Below are positions 22,966 to 35,400 of a stretch of DNA of 64,000 nt, one piece after another (the first letter of the stretch is position 1; each line of letters opens with the position of its first letter). A program made the translations under genes and the position numbers. The stretch spans positions 59,024,001 through 59,088,000 of the forward strand of contig OZ024740.1 in assembly GCA_964016885.1 (NCBI GenBank), written 5' to 3'. Source of the stretch: Eledone cirrhosa. Taxonomy: Eukaryota. The notes below the pieces were generated by a model. It was not told the origin of the DNA and made no database searches. It saw only the letters and a list, made by a program, of their open reading frames with translations.

Positions 22966-25900
22966 TCTTCTGAACATTATTTTATCCACCCCTGGTTCTC
23001 AGGAGAACCCATGGTGGAGAGATAAAGGGAGCTGATAAAATCCAATCTCTCTTCTCTCAATATCAGCTCCCCTATAAACTAGAGACTGCATCAGTACCTA
23101 TTTATAGCATTGTAAGGATGTTACCCCACCACCACTACCATCACCACCCACCCATGGCACTAGCTGTCAGTGGTATTCCTGTTGCAGCCATTATCAGTGA
23201 CACTTTAGTCACATATACCAACTTGTAGTATTGGTCAATCCTGGCATCACTCCCTGTAGCCCTGTCACTATGTGCCCCCATCTCATTCAGCCACCCCATT
23301 TATCCGAGGTCAGGTCAAAGGGATAAAAACAATGGGGAAATATGGTAACTGCCCTTCTTAACAACAACCACTGTACAGAGTGTACCAGGTGCATTTCATT
23401 GTGGCACCAGCACTAGGGAGGCTGTTGGTCATTGACTCAACTGAAGAAACCTCTTTTCTTTAAAGGGAAAGAGGAGGGAAATATACCTTGTGCCAAGGCA
23501 GCCGTGATTAGGGAGTAAGAACCAGTCAAGTACTGGAGTTGACCCCCCCTCCCCTCTTTCACTTAGAATTGGCTATGTTGCACTGTGTGAAGTGATTATG
23601 AGAGCCGACATAGTGTCCCTTTCTTCACAAATGGAGAAAAGCTGAGTGAAGGGCAAGTGACCCCTTCTCATAGAAAAAATATGTTACTAGAACCATTCAA
23701 CATTTTCTTAATGAAAAACAGTGTTAATATATAACACTTAGTTTCTTAATTTCGTATCCTATATATAACAGTATACTAGGAAATTAGTCAAAAACTCTTA
23801 AAACGTGTTAGTCTGGCATTGCTGGGAAAGTAAGTAAAAAACAGAATGTGAATCTATACTATCTTTTAAACTATTTCATTGTGGTTCACTATCTCTGTAG
23901 TTAACTGCTGGAGTAAGTGACTAAGAGATGTATTATTTTATGGATTGAATTGGAGCATACACAACAAATATGGACGGGTTACCACTAACTTGCCTTCCTG
24001 CCGTTATAGTCCAAAACTGACTAGCTATGGAGCTGGACACCCGCTGTTATAGTCTAAACCTGACTATCAATGGAGCTGGACTCCCGCTGTTATAGTCCAA
24101 ACCTGACTAGCTATGGAGCTGGACTCCCGCTGTTATAGTCTAAACCTGACTATCTATGGAGCTGGACTCCCGCTGTTATAGTCTAAACCTGACTATCTGT
24201 GGAGCTGGACTCCCGCTGTTATAGTCTAAACCTGACCATCTATGGAGCTGGACTCCCGCTGTTATAGTCTAAACCTGACCATCTATGGAGCTGGACTCCT
24301 GCTGTTATAGTCTAAACCTGACTATCTATGGAGCTGGATTCCCGCTGTTATAGTCTAAACCTGACTATCTATGGAGCTGGACTCCCGCTGTTATAGTCTA
24401 AACCTGACTATCTATGGAGCTGGACTCCCGCTGTTATAGTCTAAACCTGACCATCTATGGAGCTGGACTCCCGCTGTTATAGTCCAAACCTGACTATCTA
24501 TGGAGCTGGATTCCCGCTGTTATAGTCTAAACCTGACCATCTATGGAGCTGGACTGCCACTGTTATAGTCTAAACCTGACCATCTATGGAGCTGGACTCC
24601 CGCTGTTATAGTCTAAACCTGACCATCTATGGAGCTGGACTTCTGCTGTTATAGTCTAAACCTGACTATCTATGGAGCTGGACTCCCGCTGTTATAGTCC
24701 AAACCTAACTAGCTGTGGAGCTGGACTCCCGCTGTTATAGTCTAAACCTGACTATCTATGGAGCTGGACTCCCGCTGTTATAGTCTAAACCTGACTATCT
24801 ATGGAGCTGGACTCCTGCTGTTATAGTCTAAACCTGACTACCTGTGGAGCTGGACTCCCGCTGTTATAGTCTAAACCTGACCATCTATGGAGCTGGACTC
24901 CCACTGTTATAGTCTAAACCTGACCACCTGTGGAGCTGGACTCCCGCTGTTATAGTCTAAACCTGACCATCTATGGAGCTGGACTCCCGCTGTTATAGTC
25001 TAAACCTGACCACCTGTGGAGCTGGACTCCCACTGTTATAGTCTAAACCTGACCACCTATGGAGCTGGACTCCTGCTGTTATAGTCTAAACCTGACTATC
25101 TATGGAGCTGGACTCCCACTGTTATAGTCCAAACCTGACTATCTATGGAGCTGGACTCCCGCTGTTATAGTCTAATCCTGACTATCTATGGAGCTGGACT
25201 CCCGCTGTTATAGTCTAAACCTGACCACCTATGGAGCTGGACTCCCGCTGTTATAGTCTAAACCTGACCACCTATGGAGCTGGACTCCCGCTGTTATAGT
25301 CTAAACCTGACCACCTGTGGAGCTGGACTCCCACTGTTATAGTCTAAACCTGACTATCTATGGAGCTGGACTCCCGCTGTTATAGTCTAAACCTGACTAG
25401 CTATGGAGCTGGACTCCCGCTGTTATAGTCTAAACCTGACCATCTATGGAGCTGGACTTCTGCTGTTATAGTCTAAACCTGACCATCTATGGAGCTGGAC
25501 TCCTGCTGTTATAGTCTAAACCTGACTATCAATGGAGCTGGACTCCCGCTGTTATAGTCTAAACCTGACCATCTATGGAGCTGGACTCCCGCTGTTATAG
25601 TCTAAACCTGACCATCTATGGAGCTGGACTCCCGCTGTTATAGTCTAAACCTGACCATCTATGGAGCTGGACTCCTGCTGTTATAGTCTAAACCTGACCA
25701 TCTATGGAGCTGGACTCCCGCTGTTATAGTCTAAACCTGACTAGCTATGGAGCTGGACTTCTGCTGTTATAGTCTAAACCTGACTATCTGTGGAGCTGGA
25801 CTCCCGCTGTTATAGTCCAAACCTGACCATCTATGGAGCTGGACTCCCGCTGTTATAGTCTAAACCTGACTAGCTATGGAGCTGGACTCCCGCTGTTATA

Positions 25901-26499
25901 GTCTAAACCTGACTAGCTATGGAGCTGGACTTCTGCTGTTATAGTCTAAACCTGACTAGCTATGGAGCTGGACTCCCGCTGTTATAGTCTAAACCTGACT
26001 ATCTATGGAGCTGGACTCCCGCTGTTATAGTCTAAACCTGACCATCTATGGAGCTGGACTCCCGCTGTTATAGTCTAAACCTGACTAGCTATGGAGCTGG
26101 ACTCCCGCTGTTATAGTCTAAACCTGACTATCTGTGGAGCTGGACTCCCACTGTTATAGTCTAAACCTGACTATCTATGGAGCTGGACTCCCGCTGTTAT
26201 AGTCTAAACCTGACCATCTATGGAGCTGGACTCCCGCTGTTATAGTCTAAACCTGACCATGTATGGAGCTGGACTCCCGCTGTTATAGTCTAACCCTGAC
26301 TATCTATGGAGCTGGACTCCCGCTGTTATAGTCTAAACCTGACTATCTATGGAGCTGGACTCCCGCTGTTATAGTCTAAACCTGACCATCTATGGAGCTG
26401 GACTCCCGCTGTTATAGTCCAAACCTGACTAGCTATGGAGCTGGACTCCCGCTGTTATAGTCTAAACCTGACTAGCTATGGAGCTGGACTCCTGCTGTT

Positions 26500-29400
26500 A
26501 TAGTCTAAACCTGACTATCTATGGAGCTGGACTCCCGCTGTTATAGTCTAAACCTGACCATCTATGGAGCTGGACTCCCGCTGTTATAGTCCAAACCTGA
26601 CTATCTATGGAGCTGGACCCCCACTGTTATAGTCTAAACCTGACTATCTATGGAGCTGGACTCCCGCAGTTATAGTCTAAACCTGACCACCTATGGAGCT
26701 GGACTCCCGCTGTTATAGTCTAAACCTGACCACCTATGGAGCTGGACTCCCGCTGTTATAGTCTAAACCTGACCACCTGTGGAGCTGGACTCCCACTGTT
26801 ATAGTCTAAACCTGACCATCTATGGAGCTGGACTCCCACTGTTATAGTCTAAACCTGACTATCTATGGAGCTGGACTCCCGCTGTTATAGTCCAAACCTG
26901 ACTAGCTATGGAGCTGGACTCCCGCTGTTATAGTCTAAACCTGACTATCTATGGAGCTGGACTCCCGCTGTTATAGTCTAAACCTGACTAGCTATGGAGC
27001 TGGACTCCCGCTGTTATAGTCTAAACCTGACCATCTATGGAGCTGGACTTTTGCTGTTATAGTCTAAACCTGACTATCTATGGAGCTGGACTCCCGCTGT
27101 TATAGTCCAAACCTGACTAGCTGTGGAGCTGGACTCCCGCTGTTATAGTCTAAACCTGACTACCTGTGGAGCTGGACTCCTGCTGTTATAGTCTAAACCT
27201 GACCATCTATGGAGCTGGACTCCCACTGTTATAGTCTAAACCTGACCACCTATGGAGCTGGACTCCTGCTGTTATAGTCCAAACCTGACTATCTATGGAG
27301 CTGGACTCCCACTGTTATAGTCTAAACCTGACCATCTATGGAGCTGGACTCCCGCTGTTATAGTCTAAACCTGACCATCTATGGAGCTGGACTCCCGCTG
27401 TTATAGTCTAAACCTGACTATCTATGGAGCTGGACTCCCGCTGTTATAGTCTAAACCTGACCACCTATGGAGCTGGACTCCCGCTGTTATAGTCTAAACC
27501 TGACCACCTATGGAGCTGGACTCCCGCTGTTATAGTCTAAACCTGACCACCTGTGGAGCTGGACTCCCACTGTTATAGTCTAAACCTCACTATCTATGGA
27601 GCTGGACTCCCGCTGTTATAGTCTAAACCTGACCATCTATGGAGCTGGACTCCCGCTGTTATAGTCTAAACCTGACTAGCTATGGAGCTGGACTCCCGCT
27701 GTTATAGTCTAAACCTGACTAGCTATGGAGCTGGACTCCCACTGTTATAGTCTAAACCTGACTATCTATGGAGCTGGACTTCTCTGTTATAGTCTAAACC
27801 TGACTAGCTATGGAGCTGGACTCCCACTGTTATAGTCTAAACCTGACTAGCTATGGAGCTGGACTCCCACTGTTATAGTCTAAACCTGACTAGCTATGGA
27901 GCTGGACTCCCGCTGTTATAGTCTAAACCTGACTAGCTATGGAGCTGGACTCCCGCTGTTATAGTCTAAACCTGACTAGTTATGGAGCTGGACTCCCACT
28001 GTTATAGTCTAAACCTGACTATCTATGGAGCTGGACTTCTCTGTTATACTCTAAACCTGACTAGCTATGGAGCTGGACTCCCACTGTTATAGTCTAAACC
28101 TGACTAGCTATGGAGCTGGACTCCCACTGTTATAGTCTAAACCTGACTAGCTATGGAGCTGGACTCCCGCTGTTATAGTCTAAACCTGACTAGCTATGGA
28201 GCTGGACTTCTCTGTTATAGTCTAAACCTGACTATCTATGGAGCTGGACTTCTCTGTTATAGTCTAAACCTGACTAGCTATGGAGCTGGACTCCACTGTT
28301 ATAGTCTAAACCTGACTATCTATGGAGCTGGACTTCTCTGTTATAGTCTAAACCTGACTAGCTATGGAGCTGGACTCCCGCTGTTATAGTCTAAACCTGA
28401 CTAGCTATGGAGCTGGACTCCCGCTGTTATAGTCTAAACCTGACCATCTATGGAGCTGGACTCCCGCTGTTATAGTCTAAACCTGACTATCTGTGGAACT
28501 GGACTCCCGCTGTTATAGTCTAAACCTGACTATCTGTGGAGCTGGACTCCCACTGTTATAGTCTAGACCTGACTATCTATGGAGCTGGACTCCCGCTGTT
28601 ATAGTCTAAACCTGACCATCTATGGAGCTGGACTCCCACTGTTATAGTCTAAACCTGACCATCTATGGAGCTGGACTCCCGCTGTTATAGTCCAAACCTG
28701 ACCAGCTATGGAGCTGGACTCCCGCTGTTATAGTCTAAACCTGACTATCTATGGAGCTGGACTCCCACTGTTATAGTCTAAACCTGACAATCTATGGAGC
28801 TGGACTCCCGCTGTTATAGTCTAAACCTGACTATCTATGGAGCTGGACTCCCGCTGTTATAGTCTAAACCTGACTAGCTATGGAGCTGGACTTCTGCTAT
28901 TATAGTCTAAACCTGACTATCTATGGAGCTGGACTTCTGCTATTATAGTCTAAACCTGACCATCTATGGAGCTGGACTCCCGCTGTTATAGTCTAAACCT
29001 GACTATCTGTGGAGCTGGACTCCCGCTGTTATAGTCTAAACCTGACTAGCTATGGAGCTGGACTTCTGCTATTATAGTCTAAACCTGACCATCTATGGAG
29101 CTGGACTCCCGCTGTTATAGTCTAAACCTGACTATCTATGGAGCTGGACTCCCGCTGTTATAGTCTAAACCTGACCATCTATGGAGCTGGACTCCCACTG
29201 TTATAGTCTAAACCTGACTAGCTATGGAGCTGGACTCCTGCTGTTATAGTCTAAACCTGACTATCTGTGGAGCTGGACTCCCACTGTTATAGTCTAAACC
29301 TGACTATCTATGGAGCTGCACTCCCGCTGTTATAGTCTAAACCTGACTATCTATGGAGCTGCACTCCTGCTGTTATAGTCTAAACCTGACTATCTATGGA

Positions 29401-32400
29401 GCTGGACTCCCGCTGTTATAGTCTAAACCTGACCATCTATGGAGCTGGACTCCCACTGTTATAGTCTAAACCTGACCATCTGTGGAGCTGGACTCCCGCT
29501 GTTATAGTCTAAACCTGACCACCTATGGAGCTGGACTCCCGCTGTTATAGTCTAAACCTGACTAGCTATGGAGCTGGACTTCTGCTGTTATAGTCTAAAC
29601 CTGACTAGCTGTGGAGCTGGACTCCTGCTGTTATAGTCTAAACCTGACTATCTATGGAGCTGGACTCCCGCTGTTATAGTCTAAACCTGACCACCTATGG
29701 AGCTGGACTCCCGCTGTTATAGTCTAAACCTGACTATCTATGGAGCTGGACTTCTGCTGTTATAGTCTAAACCTGACTATCTGTGGAGCTGGACTCCCGC
29801 TGTTATAGTCTAAACCTGACTAGCTATGGAGCTGGACTCCCGCTGTTATAGTCTAAACCTGACTATCTATGGAGCTGGACTCCCGCTGTTATAGTCTAAA
29901 CCTGACCACCTATGGAGCTGGACTCCCGCTGTTATAGTCTAAACCTGACTATCTATGGAGCTGGACTCCCACTGTTATAGTCTAAACCTGACTAGCTATG
30001 GAGCTGGATTCCCGCTGTTATAGTCCAAACCTGACCACCTATGGAGCTGGACTCCCGCTGTTATAGTCTAAACCTGACTATCTATGGAGCTGGACTCCCA
30101 CTGTTATAGTCTAAACCTGACTAGCTATGGAGCTGGATTCCCGCTGTTATAGTCCAAACCTGACTATCTATGGAGCTGGACTCCCGCTGTTATAGTCCAA
30201 ACCTGACTATCTATGGAGCTGGACTCCCGCTGTTATAGTCTAAACCTGACCACCTATGGAGCTGGACTCCCACTGTTATAGTCTAAACCTGACCACCTAT
30301 GGAGCTGGACTCCCGCTGTTATAGTCTAAACCTGACTATCTATGGAGCTGGACTCCCGCTGTTATAGTCTAAACCAGACTATCTATGGAGCTGGACTCCC
30401 GCTGTTATAGTCTAAACCTGACTAGCTGTGGAGCTGGACTCCCACTGTTATAGTCTAAACCTGACTATCTATGGAGCTGGACTCCCGCTGTTATAGTCTA
30501 AACCAGACTATCTATGGAGCTGGACTCCCGCTGTTATAGTCTAAACCTGACTAGCTGTGGAGCTGGACTCCCACTGTTATAGTCTAAAGCTGACTAGCTA
30601 TGGAGCTGGATTCCCGCTGTTATAGTCCAAACCTGACCACCTATGGAGCTGGACTCCCGCTGTTATAGTCTAAACCTGACTATCTATGGAGCTGGACTCC
30701 CACTGTTATAGTCTAAACCTGACCACCTATGGAGCTGGACTCCCGCTGTTATAGTCTAAACCTGACCACCTATGGAGCTGGACTCCCGCTGTTATAGTCT
30801 AAACCTGACCACCTGTGGAGCTGGACTCCCACTGTTATAGTCTAAACCTGACCACCCATGGAGCTGGACTCCCGCTGTTATAGTCTAAACCTAACCACCT
30901 ATGGAGCTGGACTCCCACTGTTATAGTCCAAACCTGACTAGCTATGGAGCTGGACTTCTGCTGTTATAGTCTAAACCTGACTATCTATGGAGCTGGACTC
31001 CCGCTGTTATAGTCTAAACCTGACCACCTATGGAGCTGGACTCCCGCTGTTATAGTCTAAACCTGACTATCTATGGAGCTGGACTCCCACTGTTATAGTC
31101 TAAACCTGACTAGCTATGGAGCTGGATTCCCGATGTTATAGTCCAAACCTGACCACCTATGGAGCTGGACTCCCGCTGTTATAGTCTAAACCTGACTATC
31201 TATGGAGCTGGACTCCCACTGTTATAGTCTAAACCTGACTAGCTATGGAGCTGGATTCCCGCTGTTATAGTCCAAACCTGACTATCTATGGAGCTGGACT
31301 CCCGCTGTTATAGTCTAAACCTGACTAGCTATGGAGCTGGATTCCCGCTGTTATAGTCCAAACCTGACCACCTATGGAGCTGGACTCCCGCTGTTATAGT
31401 CTAAACCTGACTATCTATGGAGCTGGACTCCCACTGTTATAGTCTAAACCTGACTAGCTATGGAGCTGGACTCCCACTGTTATAGTCTAAACCTGACTGG
31501 CTATGGAGCTGGACTCCCGCTGTTATAGTCTAAACCTGACTATCTATGGAGCTGGACTCCCACTGTTATAGTCTAAACCTGACTGGCTATGGAGCTGGAC
31601 TCCCGCTGTTATAGTCTAAACCTGACTAGCTATGGAGCTGGACTCCTGCTGTTATAGTCTAAACCAGACTATCTATGGAGCTGGACTCCCGCTGTTATAG
31701 TCTAAACCAGACTATCTATGGAGCTGGACTCCCGCTGTTATAGTCTAAACCTGACTAGTTGTGGAGCTGGACTCCCGCTATTATAGTCTAAACCTGACTA
31801 GCTATGGAGCTGGACTCCCGCTGTTATAGTCTAACCCTGACTATCTATGGAGCTGGACTCCCGCTGTTATAGTCTAAACCTGACCATCTATGGAGCTGGA
31901 CTCCCGCTGTTATAGTCTAAACCTGACCATCTATGGAGCTGGACTCCCGCTGTTATAGTCTAAACCTGACTATCTATGGAGCTGGACTCCCGCTGTTATA
32001 GTCTAAACCTGACCACCTATGGAGCTGGACTCCCGCTGTTATAGTCTAAACCTGACCACCTATGGAGCTGGACTCCCGCTGTTATAGTCTAAACCTGACC
32101 ACCTGTGGAGCTGGACTCCCACTGTTATAGTCTAAACCTCACTATCTATGGAGCTGGACTCCCGCTGTTATAGTCTAAACCTGACCATCTATGGAGCTGG
32201 ACTCCCGCTGTTATAGTCTAAACCTGACTAGCTATGGAGCTGGACTCTCGCTGTTATAGTCTAAACCTGACTAGCTATGGAGCTGGACTCCCACTGTTAT
32301 AGTCTAAACCTGACTATCTATGGAGCTGGACTTCTCTGTTATAGTCTAAACCTGACTAGCTATGGAGCTGGACTCCCACTGTTATAGTCTAAACCTGACT

Positions 32401-35400
32401 AGCTATGGAGCTGGACTCCCACTGTTATAGTCTAAACCTGACTAGCTATGGAGCTGGACTCCCGCTGTTATAGTCTAAACCTGACTAGCTATGGAGCTGG
32501 ACTCCCGCTGTTATAGTCTAAACCTGACTAGCTATGGAGCTGGACTCCCACTGTTATAGTCTAAACCTGACTATCTATGGAGCTGGACTTCTCTGTTATA
32601 CTCTAAACCTGACTAGCTATGGAGCTGGACTCCCACTGTTATAGTCTAAACCTGACTAGCTATGGAGCTGGACTCCCGCTGTTATATTCTAAACCTGACC
32701 ATCTATGGAGCTGGACTCCCACTGTTATAGTCTAAACCTGACTAGCTATGGAGCTGGACTCCCACTGTTATAGTCTAAACCTGACTAGCTATGGAGCTGG
32801 ACTCCCGCTGTTATAGTCTAAACCTGACTAGCTATGGAGCTGGACTTCTCTGTTATAGTCTAAACCTGACTATCTATGGAGCTGGACTTCTCTGTTATAG
32901 TCTAAACCTGACTAGCTATGGAGCTGGACTCCACTGTTATAGTCTAAACCTGACTATCTATGGAGCTGGACTTCTCTGTTATAGTCTAAACCTGACTAGC
33001 TATGGAGCTGGACTCCCGCTGTTATAGTCTAAACCTAACTAGCTATGGAGCTGGACTCCCGCTGTTATAGTCTAAACCTGACCATCTATGGAGCTGGACT
33101 CCCGCTGTTATAGTCTAAACCTGACTATCTGTGGAGCTGGACTCCCGCTGTTATAGTCTAAACCTGACTATCTGTGAAGCTGGACTCCCACTGTTATAGT
33201 CTAAACCTGACTAGCTATGGAGCTGGACTCCCGCTGTTATAGTCCAAACCTGACTATCTGTGGAGCTGGACTCCCGCTGTTATAGTCTAAACCTGACTAT
33301 CTGTGGAGCTGGACTCCCGCTGTTATAGTCCAAACCTGACTATCTATGGAGCTGGACTCCCGCTGTTATAGTCTAAACCTGACCACCTATGGAGCTGGAC
33401 TCCCGCTGTTATAGTCTAAACCTGACTATCTATGGAGCTGGACTCCCACTGTTATAGTCTAAACCTGACTAGCTATGGAGCTGGATTCCCGATGTTATAG
33501 TCCAAACCTGACCACCTATGGAGCTGGACTCCCGCTGTTATAGTCTAAACCTGACTATCTATGGAGCTGGACTCCCACTGTTATAGTCTAAACCTGACTA
33601 GCTATGGAGCTGGATTCCCGCTGTTATAGTCCAAACCTGACTATCTATGGAGCTGGACTCCCGCTGTTATAGTCTAAACCTGACTAGCTATGGAGCTGGA
33701 TTCCCGCTGTTATAGTCCAAACCTGACCACCTATGGAGCTGGACTCCCGCTGTTATAGTCTAAACCTGACTATCTATGGAGCTGGACTCCCACTGTTATA
33801 GTCTAAACCTGACTAGCTATGGAGCTGGACTCCCACTGTTATAGTCTAAACCTGACTGGCTATGGAGCTGGACTCCCGCTGTTATAGTCTAAACCTGACT
33901 ATCTATGGAGCTGGACTCCCACTGTTATAGTCTAAACCTGACTGGCTATGGAGCTGGACTCCCGCTGTTATAGTCTAAACCTGACTAGCTATGGAGCTGG
34001 ACTCCTGCTGTTATAGTCTAAACCAGACTATCTATGGAGCTGGACTCCCGCTGTTATAGTCTAAACCAGACTATCTATGGAGCTGGACTCCCGCTGTTAT
34101 AGTCTAAACCTGACTAGTTGTGGAGCTGGACTCCCGCTATTATAGTCTAAACCTGACTAGCTATGGAGCTGGACTCCCGCTGTTATAGTCTAACCCTGAC
34201 TATCTATGGAGCTGGACTCCCGCTGTTATAGTCTAAACCTGACCATCTATGGAGCTGGACTCCCGCTGTTATAGTCTAAACCTGACCATCTATGGAGCTG
34301 GACTCCCGCTGTTATAGTCTAAACCTGACTATCTATGGAGCTGGACTCCCGCTGTTATAGTCTAAACCTGACCACCTATGGAGCTGGACTCCCGCTGTTA
34401 TAGTCTAAACCTGACCACCTATGGAGCTGGACTCCCGCTGTTATAGTCTAAACCTGACCACCTGTGGAGCTGGACTCCCACTGTTATAGTCTAAACCTCA
34501 CTATCTATGGAGCTGGACTCCCGCTGTTATAGTCTAAACCTGACCATCTATGGAGCTGGACTCCCGCTGTTATAGTCTAAACCTGACTAGCTATGGAGCT
34601 GGACCCTCGCTGTTATAGTCTAAACCTGACTAGCTATGGAGCTGGACTCCCACTGTTATAGTCTAAACCTGACTATCTATGGAGCTGGACTTCTCTGTTA
34701 TAGTCTAAACCTGACTAGCTATGGAGCTGGACTCCCACTGTTATAGTCTAAACCTGACTAGCTATGGAGCTGGACTCCCACTGTTATAGTCTAAACCTGA
34801 CTAGCTATGGAGCTGGACTCCCGCTGTTATAGTCTAAACCTGACTAGCTATGGAGCTGGACTCCCGCTGTTATAGTCTAAACCTGACTAGCTATGGAGCT
34901 GGACTCCCACTGTTATAGTCTAAACCTGACTATCTATGGAGCTGGACTTCTCTGTTATACTCTAAACCTGACTAGCTATGGAGCTGGACTCCCACTGTTA
35001 TAGTCTAAACCTGACTAGCTATGGAGCTGGACTCCCGCTGTTATAGTCTAAACCTGACCATCTATGGAGCTGGACTCCCACTGTTATAGTCTAAACCTGA
35101 CTAGCTATGGAGCTGGACTCCCACTGTTATAGTCTAAACCTGACTAGCTATGGAGCTGGACTCCCGCTGTTATAGTCTAAACCTGACTAGCTATGGAGCT
35201 GGACTTCTCTGTTATAGTCTAAACCTGACTATCTATGGAGCTGGACTTCTCTGTTATAGTCTAAACCTGACTAGCTATGGAGCTGGACTCCACTGTTATA
35301 GTCTAAACCTGACTATCTATGGAGCTGGACTTCTCTGTTATAGTCTAAACCTGACTAGCTATGGAGCTGGACTCCCGCTGTTATAGTCTAAACCTAACTA

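Noticed and set aside
23901-23912. Possible 12-bp microexon (CTCTGTAG|TTAACTGCTGGA|GTAAGT) just before the satellite
   Set aside because: Consensus signals only, which cannot be supported without transcript or conservation data.
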